NCBI GenBank assembly: GCA_036867785.1
Contig: CP145414.1
Coordinates: forward strand, 1 to 64,000
Reading direction: 5' to 3'
DNA length: 64,000 nt
Origin: Plasmodiophora brassicae
Taxonomy: Eukaryota
Made by a program: the position numbers and the translations under genes. The notes under the pieces were generated by a model that searched no databases, was not told where the DNA came from, and saw only the letters and a program-made list of their open reading frames with translations. The first letter of the stretch is position 1. Every line of letters begins with the position of its first letter. This document shows, in pieces, positions 13,174 through 25,347 of the stretch.

Positions 13174-14357
13174 GCACCCGAACGTACACCTGGCGGGCGT
13201 GCGAGCCGGCCCGCCCAAGGCGTCAACCGCGAACCGGTGAAAGAAGAACAAAGTCCTTCACAGGTGTGGTATACTGCATAATTGTCATAGTCGGCGCTGA
13301 AATTGACATTTAGGAGCGTGACGCTGGGTCGTTACTGCCAGCGGGCATATCGAACAATGATGCGGCAGGCGTTTGCCGATCTATTTGCTACGCGATTGCA
13401 CCGGTGCAGATCTTGCGGTCATTGCCCGGCTGGGAACGTGTCTCCGGCCCCGCGCCCTGGATTGACCTGTACAATAAGGTCATGAACCCTCGTCTGGATC
13501 TGAACGCGGCGTCCGACATCCTGGTTGACCTCATCAAGGCCATCAGCGACGCTGACCGGGCGACGAGGTCGTTCGATCCCGGGCAACAGCACGATGCCGA
13601 CGACTTCGCGCTGGAGCTGCTGCAGCAGATGCAGGCGTACGAGGTTGTCGGGGCCCTAGGTCATCCGATCGAAAGAGCGATCATTGGCTTTGTCGAGCAT
13701 GTCGTCGACGCGTGCAAGACCTGCGGCCATGTCACTAGGCGTCCGCCCTGCGAGCTCCCGGTTGTTATGCTGGGTGGTTCGCACGGCCGAACGTCCCTCG
13801 CCGACGCGTTACTCCTAGAGCACACTACGACGATCGCCAGGAGGTGCACTGCTGAACGGCCGTGCAATCGCGGGCAGGACGTGGAGCACCGAAGCACGAC
13901 GGTTCGTCAGTTGAAGGGCAAGGTCGAGGAAGGCCAAGTGATGCTGGTGCGGCAGGATCCCATCGAAATCGTCCAGGAGCCAGGTCTCAATGGTCAGACC
14001 ATCAGTATGGCGCGGCGCAAGACAGCGGTGGTACGTGCCGGCCCGACAACGATGATGGATGGAAACCTGGGCATATCTGATTTCTTCTTTGAGCAGGATG
14101 TGGTGCCACAGGCGGTCTTCCAAGTTGGAGATGCGTATTTCCAGTTGGTCGGCCTTGTCGACCACTGGGGTAATGCCCACGTCGCTGGACACGACGAAGG
14201 CCATTACGTGTCCTGGGTGAAGCAGGCACGTGGTGGCTGGGCGTTCTGCGACACCAGTCGCGTGCAAGGGTATTCCGACGCGCACGTCGCCGACTTGCTC
14301 AGCAAGCGGGTCTACCGACTCCTGTTCTACAGGTGCTTCGCACTGCGAAGGCAATAA
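13174..14357 (+). CDS. Ubiquitin-specific protease (peptidase C19)-like; 5' end unresolved
   Basis: Intron 13264-13313. Cys box PAGISNN...ICYAIAPVQIL (Cys codon 13386), QQHDADDF, CxxC finger, His box HWG...GHYVSWVK...WAFCD...LLFYR. Confidence 0.8.
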
Positions 14358-14589
14358 AGCTTGTCCATCGTCGAGTTCATCTGCCTGGCCATGCAGTAGA
14401 AAGAATGGTGGAACATATGATCCGTAAAAGACGTTGTATTCGTTTGCGTTGTTGAGAAGTTGTACCTCACGCCTTCTTGCCAGGCCGCACGCTGCAGTAC
14501 AACTCAGGGATAATGAAGTAGGACCGCTCTGACACGTACTGAACCGCGTTTGCTTGGAGTCGAGCGCAATCACCTGCCTCACGTGCATG

Positions 14590-15753
14590 CTGCGACACCA
14601 GAAACGCCTGCATCGCTCGTCTGGTCTGACCTGCCATGCTTGACACGCATGCAGGGACGACGTCGGCGCTGTCGACCGCCGGCCACTTCAGCAAAGGATG
14701 CCGTCCGGCGCCGCCTGACGCCAGGACGACCTGCAGGGCCGGCGTTCGCGCGTGTCGACCTAATCTGCTTGTAGTGATCTGGGTGAGGCGATACGCCGGC
14801 GGCGGGTGGTCGACGGCAGACAGGCGTGCGCATGTCGATCAACGGCAACGGGCACTGGGCGCCACCTGCCTGCTGGAAGACCTGCAGGGCAGGCAGGTGC
14901 CGCTCGACAGGCCGACGGGGACATCGGCGAGAAGACCTTTGGTTGCTCGGTCCGCCATCAACGCATGGTGCACGACAGCGGCGCGCGCGACCGATTGCAA
15001 CGATCGGCGAACGTCCAGCGCGCCGCCTCAGCTGAGGAGCATGCCGGCGCGATGCTGGACCAGCCCCGCCAAGACACGATGACAGCTACCCGGCAGGTGC
15101 TCATGCTGGACGGACGACGGCAGGCGACAGCCAGCAGGTGCGTCCTGTCCAGCGTGTTAGAGGGCCTGCACGCCTGTGCATCAGACGACGACACGTACCA
15201 GTGCTGCAACTGCAGGGCGTTCACACAGACAGATCGGGCACGCCGGCAGGCGTCCAGCAGGACGCGATATGGTCGTCGTGAGTCCATTGGGCCGTGCTGC
15301 CCATCTGCGGCGACGTCGCAGCGGGTGCAGGCACGGCAGACAGGCGCGTCAGGGTGTCGGCGTCCTGCGACGTGCGAGGCTGAACACAACAGCATATCCG
15401 GCGGGCGTGGACGACGATGCAGTAGGCGGCGTTGGCGACCGGCAGCGTCGTCGAGTAGTCAGTCGCGGGCGACGCCCACCATGGAGTCGGCGCCTGCTTC
15501 ACGTTGAGAGGACTCCACGTCTGTGCCGTATACCGCCCTCCAACGGGCATGCGCATCGCGACCTCGTGTAGGAGGCGTCGGAGGACGGCGCACGCTCCAT
15601 GGTGTATAGCGCATCCGCCCAGGCGACCGCACGCCGCACCGCCGCACGCCACCGGGGCCGCCAGCAAAAAACAACGCGGCTTTTTTTGGGAGGTCTCAGG
15701 AGTTTTTTGCGTAACCAAGACAAGGGATACACCTGTCATATCATCCTTTACCA
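14590..15753 (-). repeat. Longest copy of the dispersed subtelomeric repeat family
   Basis: Shares CTGACGCCAGG(A/T)CGACCTGCAGG, CGTCCTGTCCAGC..GTTAGAGGGCCTG and GGAGTCGGCGCC blocks with the copies at ~3k, 4.6k, 19.8-20.7k, 21-22k, 22.6-23.2k and 24.2-25k. Confidence 0.8.
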
Positions 15754-16529
15754 TGGACAAGTTCCGGCGTCATTTTAACGAGACGAAGCTGAAGCAGGGC
15801 ACTTTCCGTAAGCAACGTACACCATTACGTTTATTTATTCTAATATGTACTCCAGTGCGCTCGTCTGAAGAAGGCAAAGAAGGCGACAATGAAGGAGGTG
15901 ATACAAGCGCGCCAGAAGACAAGAGCGAGGACAATGATGAATCCAATGGCGATGACTCGGATTCAAAAAGCAGTCGGAAGAGGTACAAGCTTGCTCTGCC
16001 CAGCGAGTCGGAGACCCGTACCGCCGTGGATATCGACAATCCTCCCGTGTTTGCCGCCGTCTACCGGGATGCAGCGACAAAGACGGACCGCGTGGTCATC
16101 TGTGCGGGGATGTTCGGCATTCCCGACGCCAAGGACGTCCATGTCGATCTAGATGAGGACGACGCCCAGACCGCCATCATTTCCTATGGCTGGCCGACTG
16201 CGTTATTCTCACCCCAGGTCATGTGCGCGACTTGGGCATCGACGGACGAACCGCAGACATACTACGGACGCCTGAATGCGCTCGATGAAGAACTCGCGCA
16301 CCACCGTCCATCGTACAGTCAGGCGCCCCGAACGACATTTCGCATAAGACTCCCCATTCCTGTCAACCCCGACACGTCGACATGGAAAAAAGTGGGGGTC
16401 AATTCGGCGACGTCGGGTCGGTTCGTGCTGTGGGAGCTCGCGGCGAATAAGCCGCCGTATGCAGTTCCATTGGCTGACAAAATTGTGTCCGAATTTGTCG
16501 AACACGAGCCAGCCGAAACAATGCAATAA
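15753..16529 (+). CDS. Hypothetical protein (acidic linker + globular domain), probably 5'-truncated or transposon-associated
   Basis: Open frame with an in-frame 48-bp GT-AG intron candidate 15808-15855. Protein-like domain NPPVFAAVYRD...ISYGWP...APRTTFRIRLP. The ATG sits at the repeat boundary. Confidence 0.55.
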   Translation: MDKFRRHFNETKLKQGTFRKQRTPLRLFILICTPVRSSEEGKEGDNEGGDTSAPEDKSEDNDESNGDDSDSKSSRKRYKLALPSESETRTAVDIDNPPVFAAVYRDAATKTDRVVICAGMFGIPDAKDVHVDLDEDDAQTAIISYGWPTALFSPQVMCATWASTDEPQTYYGRLNALDEELAHHRPSYSQAPRTTFRIRLPIPVNPDTSTWKKVGVNSATSGRFVLWELAANKPPYAVPLADKIVSEFVEHEPAETMQ

Positions 16530-16644
16530 ACTGTCACATATTTGAAAGGCGTCAGGTCAACTAGAATGTCCAGATATGGCGAACGCACGCGTTCCCGCAG
16601 CTCCCAGGATGTGTTGATGTCGTAGCGAGCCTGTTTGGAGAACG

Positions 16645-17456
16645 TCGCTGGTCGGCGACGATGTCGACCCAGGTGCAGGCAGGCGACAACCTGCGCCGTG
16701 TGATGCCGAACACCACGGTACGTCGGGCGGCCATGCAGGACGTCGCAGAGGTCGGCTTTCGCGACTTGCAGCGACAGCGGGTAGTCAATCGCGCCGACAG
16801 CACCCACAGCTGGATCGGCGTTCGCTTTACGTTGCCCGGCATCCATCTTCATTCGACGGTTGCATACAGACGTGCTGAAACGCCTGGGATGCGAACAATA
16901 TCAGTGCCGCGCCACGGTTTGACGGATGTGAAGGTGCGGCCCGACCCCAAGATATGGTTGTTCGAACCGAAGACAGGGCGCGGAACTCGTTGATGACAGG
17001 GGCAGTTCAGCGGACGCTTGCATGGATCAGAAGCGGCAAAGCGTCTCAGACATCGAGGGTCGCCGCCGGATCATGTGCTGCTGCCACCAGCGCATCACGT
17101 CCTGACCCCAACAGGACAGGCGGCACTCGTGGAATGCGCGGTCTACTGATGGCTGATCATCCGAGCGCGCGTCTGCCTGACAACGAGACGCCAGCTGGCG
17201 ATGCCGTCCATGCGGGTTCACCGGTCGCGCAAAACGAGTCCAGACACGGCATTTGCGCAGTCCCACGGAGTTCAGCTTCGACTTTATGAAATCAGCAAAT
17301 TGTCCAAATGGCGCAACATTCTTCGCGATTGCAGACGAACGGCGGCACTTGTGCCACTACAAACAGGCGTCCTGCCTCTGGTTTTTAATCCCCTTCCCAT
17401 CGGTACTTTTGTGCCCGGCGAACGGTGGCTCAAACGCGTTAACAACACCTTGTAAC
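16645..17456. repeat. ~0.8-kb diverged direct duplication of 21655-22376
   Basis: Both copies share ACCTGCGCCGTGTGATGCCGAACAC and end in AACGGTGGCTCAAACGCG(T/C)TAACAACACCTTGTAAC. Confidence 0.9.
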
Positions 17457-17655
17457 TCAAAGCAGAGCGCGAAATGAGCCCGGCTGACGATGATCTTTTG
17501 CTGTCGACACAGATCTGGCCAACATGCACTACTACGTCAAGTTCTTCAACGTGCGATTCTACGAGATGACACTGGGCGATTTGGGCCGAGTTGGAGATTC
17601 TTGGACATGCTATTGCGTCGCACGGCGGCGACGGCTTCACGGACGGCCGTTTTAT

Positions 17656-18793
17656 TCAGGGCGGCGGCGCGACATTTTGACGCAGGCGGGCAACGTTGTT
17701 CTCCAAACATTTGATGGCCAGATCAGCGGCCGGGTCCTTAATGAAGCGGAGCATCTCGACCATGGAACGCCGGGTGGCGCCGTGAATCTCCAGGCCGAGT
17801 AACAGGCAGATAGTGCTTCCCAAGCACGTCCAATCGAGTTCCGGCACGGCATGTGGCGTCTGGAAGTCCAGGGCGAATGGCACGGTCTGTTCGACCAAGG
17901 CATCGCCACTGCGAACGGCGGATCCGAGGTCAACGAGAACCGGAAGCATTTCACGATGGTCGGTGAGCATGATGTTGGCTGGTTTCACATCACAGTGGCA
18001 AATGTTCTTCTCGTGCATGAACAGAAGCGCATTGGCGACAGCTTCGCCAATGGAGCGGGTTATAGAGCGTGGAACAGTGGCTGGAGGTTTGCACACCGAC
18101 AGGAGATCCGATGCACTTCGTGGAAAAAACGGCATAATGATATAGGCGAAATCCTTGTGGCAAAACGTTGCCTCAACCTGCACGATGCTTGCATGCTGCC
18201 CGATCGTCTCGGCTGCCTTGACCTCACGCTCATAGTCTTCCTGAGCCGCCATGCGATAACGCTTTGCGACCCGCACGACGCCATCGCCGGTTCCGTACGC
18301 ATAGAACAACGAAGACTTCGCTTGGCCAGCGACTGGGAGCACGCCGTCCAAAATGAACCCGTGCGTTTCGCCAATGTAGTGACGGTCCGTCGTGATGAAT
18401 TGAGACCGCGCCTTGGTTAGGATTCGCTCGGCCTCGTTCTGATTCGCATGGCGCAGCTCGCCATATGCGGCAACGTCCTTGTCAATTAAGAAATTAAGGT
18501 CTCTGGTTGTGACCCGGACGTTGAGCCGTCGCAGGCGATCGCGAATGCTCTCGTCTATACACTGGATTTAGCAAAACGGGCGGAAATGGCGCCGTGTAGC
18601 CGGTCTACGTACCGACCGGGCGAACGGCCTGGAGGGCGGCCAGGGCAGCGTCGCGGGCACGCTCGGCGGCGGCGGCGACGCGCTCCATGTGGGGCAGGCG
18701 CGGGTCATCGGGGTTGGCGTCCCACACGGCCCTGTTCGCGGCCACGGCGTCGGCGTCGCGCTGCTTGAATAGCTCCTCCAAAGACTGCGACAT
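17656..18793 (-). CDS. Ser/Thr protein kinase (2 exons)
   Basis: Exon 1 MSQSLEELF, intron 18555-18612, then a continuous frame with VAK, REV (alphaC Glu), HCDVKPANIML and DLG. No canonical GxGxxG loop. Confidence 0.82.
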
Positions 18794-19484
18794 GATGGCC
18801 GCCCACGTCAAACTGGAGTGAAAGTCCGTGTGGACAGACCTGGCCAGGAAGGTTGTGAGCGTCGCTCCGAGGCTACCAGTCAGGCGCTCCGAGGCCACTA
18901 GTCAGGCACTTCAGGTCGCCATCATGGCCAAGCGCATGTCGGTATCGGTCGCCAAGGCCGGACATGCAGGTTGTTGGTCGATGACGATGATGGCCCGTCG
19001 GCCGACCACAGATGGGGCTCTGCCAGATGTTGTTGGCGCGAGAAGGCGACTGCCTGAGTATGGCACGATTGTCGACAATACATACCGTGAACTTACTCCA
19101 CCGAGAAGGCCTTTCCGCCCGCATGCGAAGATGGGCATGTCGGCGGAGGTCTGGTACGCCAGCATTATCGTCTGTTGGTGGCGTACGGCGCCGGCGCCAG
19201 CCAACCTTCACGCCGCATTTGGGTCGTCGCCCCCGTGACGACGGCACGTTGACCGAAGGATGATGCGTCGCCCGATCGATCCGTTATCGTCTGCCGCACG
19301 AATATGCTGGTGCCGAGGGGCGGGAGAGTGCTTGTGGCGTCGAAATAGAGGATGAACGGCGAGTGAGGATTCAACTTCAATCGGAAAGGAGATGTACATT
19401 CGGAGGCCAGGGGTAAGTACTGTTGCAGGGTTGCTGGCCTATCTTGCGGCGAACAGCACCACGAAGAACCATGTCGTAGCTTGG

Positions 19485-19745
19485 GGTCCTGGTTCTGACG
19501 AACTTACAGCAGGTTCTGCTGCTCGATGCGAAGATACTGATGCACCACGACTGTGGAAACAGCTTGCCACACCGAAATAAGGACGTTGTCGCCAATGTCG
19601 CGTTGCTGGAGAGGTACCGCGTGTACGCCTTCAACGTGACGTCCGTGTCTTGCTTGAATGCGATAAGCCAGCCTTCGCGACCGTGCCAAAACATGATCAG
19701 ATAGGAAAGGGCGTTGTACAGCGGGTGGGCGGCGGGCGACCAGCG
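19485..19745 (-). mobile_element. Degenerate Helitron Rep (Helitron_like_N region) fragment
   Basis: HPLYNALSYLIMFWHGREGW...VTLKAYTRY...LFRCGKLF / VVHQYLRIEQQNLL*VRQNQ matches the recalled HP.YD.L.YPLLF..GE.GW...GRLFQQY.VD.Y..IE..RL...R.NQ. Contains a frameshift and a stop. Confidence 0.72.
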
Positions 19746-19799
19746 CTTTGCCTCGTGTGTTTCACGAGGTACAAACCTGCTTACGTTGCTCGTCATGCC

Positions 19800-22700
19800 T
19801 GATCTACCATGGTGCACACCCATGCGGGGGCGAAGTCGGCAAACGGTGCAGCTCCCTGCCCCGGATTCATCGAATGCGGCCGCTCGGTGCCGGCTGACGC
19901 CAGGTCGACCTGCAGGGACGACGTTCGCGCTTTTCGATCCAGTCTGATTGTATTCGAATGGTTCTCGTTCAAGCAACATGTCGGCAGGGATGGCGGCAGG
20001 AAGTCGACGGCAGGCAGGCGTTTCCATGTCGGGTAGTAGAAACGGGCGCTGGGCGCCACTGCCCTGCTGGGCGACCTCCAGGCCAGGAAGACGCTACTCG
20101 ATGGCAATCGGGAAGACTGGCGACGCCCTTGGCTGGTCCTCCCGTCGTCGATGCATGGTGCAGGGCAGGGGCGCGTCGGACCGAATGCAGCGATCGGCGG
20201 GCGGACAGGGCGCCCCGCCCCAGTTCACGAGTAGGTCGGCCGGGGGTTGGCTCCGCCCCTCTAGGAACGACGATTAGTGCCCTGCTGAACGGTCGATTGC
20301 AGGTTGGTCCTGCCAACAATGTCGCGCGCCTGTGCATCAAGGAACACCTCATACCTGTCCTGGAGGTGCACAGCCTCCGCCCAGACGCGTCGAACGTGTC
20401 GGCAAGCACCCAGCAGGACGTGTTGTGGTGCACTGGGTCCGTTGGCCCATGGCGTCGCTAGGCGGGGATGTCGGCGCGGATGCTGAGCGGGCAGGCTTAG
20501 GTGCCAGGGCGTCGACGACCTGCCCCATGCAGTACCGAGCACAACTGAATGTCGGGCGGCCTTGTAGGACGTTGCAGTGGGCGGTGACGGCGAGGCGATC
20601 GGCGGCGGCGTCGGGTGGTCGGTCGCGTCGACGTCGCCCGCCCACGGAGTCGGCGCCCTGCTGCCCACGTGGACGCATCTGGACGTCTGGCGCCCACCTG
20701 CAGGCGATCGATGGCTGTGCTCAGACCTGGTACCCGAACTGTAAATCTGGCCACAACGTAATGCAGATAGAAGCCATACGACGGCACATCGCCCAGATTC
20801 GCATTGCTATGCCATGCCCGCGACACCAGGTCGACATCGAAGTGGACCTGGCGCGTACTTACGCACAGCGGCAGGCGCTGAACGCGAAGCATTGCTGGGA
20901 CACGGACGCGATCAACTGTCCTGCATGCGTGTATTGATGCCGGACATGCCTGTCTGGTTCGTCTGGTCTGACTGGCAGTCATCGACACGCATGTAGCGGC
21001 GATCGATGTCGGCGCACGTCATCGGTGATGTGCGCCGTCGCTTTGCACCCAGTGCAGCGAGGACCGCTGTTCCGCGCAACGGGACGCCAGCGTGGCCTGC
21101 AGGGCGCTATCCGCGCGAATCGAACTGGTCTAGTTGTTCTGAACTGTTCTGGTTGTGGATATATGCCGGACAGGGAGGGTGGCGGGTCGTTGTCAGGCGG
21201 CGGAGGCGGACACGACACCGTTTGCTGAGAATCGGGTGCCAGGTACTGCTGTACCTGCCCGCGGCCCTGACAGACCTGCTGACGTCGCTGGATTGAGCTG
21301 ATCGGCCATTTGCCATGATCGACACGCAGGTGGCAGAAGACGACGGAGCCCACGCCCGGGAACGGGAACGCCCCCCCCCCCCCCCCCCCCCCACCGGTTT
21401 CTTCGAACGCTGCCGCTCGGCGCCGGTTGACGCCAGGCGTGTCCTGTCCAGCACGAGTTAGAGGGCCTGGGGTCTGTGCCTGAGGCGACATTTCGTACCT
21501 GTCCTCGAGGTGTAGGGCGTTCTCACAGACGCGCTGGACGCGACGATACCCCAACAGCAGGACGTGCTGCATGCGGCTATTGAGTTCGATGACGCGCGCG
21601 ACGTCAAGCGTCCAGCAGGACGTGTTGAGGCGGTAGCGGGTCTGTTGGGAGAATGTCACTGGTCGGCGGCGACGTCGGCGCGGGTGCAGGCAGGCGCATC
21701 GTCAGGAGCGACCTGCGCCGTGTGATGCCGAACACAACGGCATGTCGGGCGGCCATGCAGGACGACGCAGAGGGCGGCTTTCGCGACTTGCAGCGACATC
21801 GGGTAGTCGATCGCGCCGAGATGCACCCACAGCGGCATCGACGTGGTGCAGCCAGACCCCAGAGATGTGGGTGTTCGAACCATGGACAGAGCGCGGAACT
21901 CGTTGATGACAGGGGCAGTTCAGCGGACGAAGGCCTGGATCAGATGCGGCACAGCGTCTCAGACATCGAGGTCGCCGCCGGAGCATGTGCGGTTACCGCC
22001 TGTGCATCACGTCCTGACCCCAAGAGGGCAGGAGGACGTCGTGGAACGCGCGGTCTACTCATGGATGATCATCCGAGCGCGCGTCTGCCTGACCACGAGA
22101 CGCCAGCTGGCGATGCCGTCCATGGTGCACCGGTCGCGCAAAACGAGTCCACGCCGACCACGCGCGGCATTTTGCGCACCCCCCCGGAGTTCAGCTTCGA
22201 CTTGGTGAAATCAGCAAATTGCCCAAATTGCCCCACATTCTTCGCAATTGCAGACGAACGGTGGCACTTTTGGCACACCGGACAGGCGTCCTGCCTCTGA
22301 GTTCATATGCACTTTCCAACGGTACCTTTGTTTCTAGCTAACGGTGGCTCAAACGCGCTAACAACACCTTGTAACCACTAGAGGAGGTCACTTTTGTGTC
22401 TGAACTGCTATGCATTAATTGGCCGTACCTGCGCCCCATAGTCGTGAGAAACGCAATCAACCACGCTTCAAGAAAACGTCTTCGCCAGCAACCAACCCCG
22501 GCGAATGCTCCCGACCACATCTGGGACCCAGATGCCGATCCGTTCCAACCTGTCTCTCCTGAATCGTTCGTGCAGTACCCAGGCGGAGGACGCACTGACA
22601 GATTGCATTGTCGCCAGGTAGCGCTTCCGGTTAACACCAGGACGACATGCAGGGTCGTTGCTCGCACGTGTAGACCGGACATGCTTGTATTGAACGGTTC

Positions 22701-25020
22701 TGGTTGTGCCGATATGCCGGCAGGGGTGGCGGCGGGTCGTCGACGGCAGCTAATAGGCATTCCCATGTCGACCGGCGACAACGCGACCTGGGCGCCACTG
22801 CCCTTATGGATGACATGCAGGGCAGTCAAGCGCGGCTAACCAGGCAGATGCGGAGCTCGGCAACGCCCTTGCTCGGTCGTCCCGTTGTCGACGTATGGTG
22901 CTGGTGCAGGGCAGGCCCGGAGCGCGCGCAACCGCTTGCACTGATCGGTGGGCGGACAGGGCGCGCTGCCTCTGCCGAGGAGCAGGTCGGCGTGACGGTG
23001 GCACGACCAGCCTGAACAGGACGACTGCTGATGCAGGCGGATCCCGGTGGACAGACAACGGCAGGCGTGTCCTGCCCAGCATGTTAGAGGGCCTGGGGAA
23101 CTCATGTGCACCATGCGACGACTGATCATACCTGTCCCGAAGGTGCTTGACGTTCGTCCAAACCCGTTGGGACGGCGGCAGGCGAGCAGCACGACGTGTT
23201 GTGGTCGTCCTGCGTCCGTTGGCAGGCGCCCTGCTTCGACGACACGATTCACCTGTCCAAATCGTACCGGCAGCTGTCGAAGCAGGTCAGCAAACTGGTC
23301 AAGGACGTGTCCGGACATTGGCCGTCGCCGGTCGACCTGTCCAAATGGGGCATGGCGCAGAGGATCATCCTGCTGATCTTCCACGCGCGCAGCCTCGGTT
23401 CCTTGACATACGTCGGTCCGAGCAGGAACTCCGTCCGGCGGCAGGTCGACGAACACACGATCGACGTCGCGGCGTTCCTTCAGTCACTGAACGCCGGCGC
23501 CATCGAATGGGGAGGCTTCGCGCACGAACTTTGCCTGATCGGCGCTGTCGGGGGCGATCTCAACGAGGTCGGGTGCGCGACCAAGCACACCTTCGAGGTC
23601 GTTCGGATGGCGATCGGGCTCGCCGTTCCCACGTTTCCTCAATGCGTCTTGGTACATCATCGGCAGGTGTCCGACGATCGACAGGATCCTGTCGTCGACG
23701 GCGTCCTCCTGACTCCTCGACGTGAGAACGGCGAGCCCGATCGCCATACGAAGGACCTCGAAGGTGTGCTTGGTCGCGCACCCGACCTCGCTGAGATTGC
23801 CCCGACAACGCCAATCACGCAACGTTCGTCGTGGGCGCAAGTCTTCCCATTCGATGATGCCGGCGTTCAGTGACTTGAGGAGCGCCGCTACGTCGATGGC
23901 GTGTTCGTCGACCTGTCGCCCGCCAGAGATCCCCTCCTGACCAAGATACGTCAAGGAACCAAGGCTGCGCGCATGGTAGATCGATCATCAGGATGATCCT
24001 CTGCTCCAGGTCCCCTTTGGACAGATCGACCGGCGACGGCCAGTGTCCGGACACGTCCTTGACCAGTTTCGTGCGGGACGGTTCACGCGTTAGATGTCGT
24101 CACGGTTGTCGGCATACAGGGTCATTGGCTAGAAGGAATTGTGGGCAGAGTGTAGACTGAAATCTGTGTGGTCGTAGGCGGCCGCGTTGGCCCGCGGCGC
24201 CGGTCGACGACGACCACGGTGAGGACGCAAGCAGGGCAGGCAGGCGCGACAGGTCGTTGGCGACACGCGAGGTGCGATTCCTGTGCAGAACGTGTGAGGC
24301 CCTGGTCCTTTGCATTAGACAACATTCCGTACCAGTGCATGGCGTTGGCCCAGAAGTGTTCGGCGCGTCGGCAGACGTCCTGCGGGATGCTTTACGATGT
24401 CGTAATAGTCGCTGGTACGGCGATCAGACGCCTCGGGACGTCGACGTCTTGCGACATGCGATGCCGAACACAACGCAGGCAGGCAGGCAGGCACCGCTCG
24501 ACGCGCAGACAGGGAGGTCGGCGACGACCTTGGCTGGTCAGTCAGCCATCGTCGCATGGTGCAGGGCTGGAGCGCAGCATGCAAGTCGTAGCAAACGTCG
24601 GACGACGAGTGCGTCACCTGGCCTGCGATACGTTGTACCCGTCCCGCTTCGACGGCAGGAGACGGCAGACCTGTGACGTCCAGCGGGTCAGAGGACGCCT
24701 GGGTGACTGTGCAGCAGGCAATGACCTGTACCTATCCTTAAGGTGCAATGCGATATCGCAGACGTGTCGGAAACGTCGCCTGGCGTCCAGCAGACCGTAT
24801 TGAGGTCGTAGTGGCCGCGGTGACCCGTGCCTCTGTTCGGCGGCGACGTCGGCGCGAACGTACAGGGCAGGCAGGCGCATCTGGGACAGGACGACTTGTG
24901 CTGAACGGTGCCGATCGGGCGGCAGTGTACGTTGTCACCGTTGGCGGCAGCGTCGACGTTTCTGCCGCGCTGACGACGCCCACTATGTACGGAGTTGGCA
25001 CCTGCTCGGCCCCATCCATG
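19800..25020 (-). repeat. Cluster of further decayed copies of the subtelomeric repeat family
   Basis: Recurrent minus-strand peptides PQHVLL.ACR.VRRV..NALHL.DRYE (~20340-20430, 21490-21570, 23120-23200, 24720-24800) and PAGRPGVSRHRAAAF.E. Confidence 0.75.
23292..24069. repeat. Long imperfect inverted repeat (arms 23292-23634 and 23720-24069, 85-bp spacer)
   Basis: KLVKDVSGHWPSPVDLSK...EVGCATKHTFEV.RMAIGLAV is read on + in the left arm and on - in the right arm. Confidence 0.93.
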
Positions 25021-25347
25021 GCCGTTCGCGATCCGCCAGCCTCCGCAGACACAGCATGTGCCCCGTCATGGAGCGAAGCGCCAATTAAACGGTTAAACGG
25101 GGACCTTCGATCCGCGTGTTTAGGTGCCGATTGTTTCTTGCCTCACGGGTTGTCACCTGTCAGAAGAGCCAGCCGATATCATTTATGGCCGGACGCTGTC
25201 ACTCGAATCGGCCCCGGGACGCTAGCCAACCGATGGGCGTGATGCTTGGCAGACACGTGCAGGAGCGCCTGTGGACGATAGACCTGCAGAGATTTCGCAG
25301 ACTACACATTCGAGTGCGTCCTGGGGCAATAGGTGAACGATCGTTTA

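Noticed and set aside
18895-18930. CTAG plus small GCCATCATGGC palindrome as a Helitron 3' end
   Set aside because: The stem is only 4 bp and is not shared with other copies.
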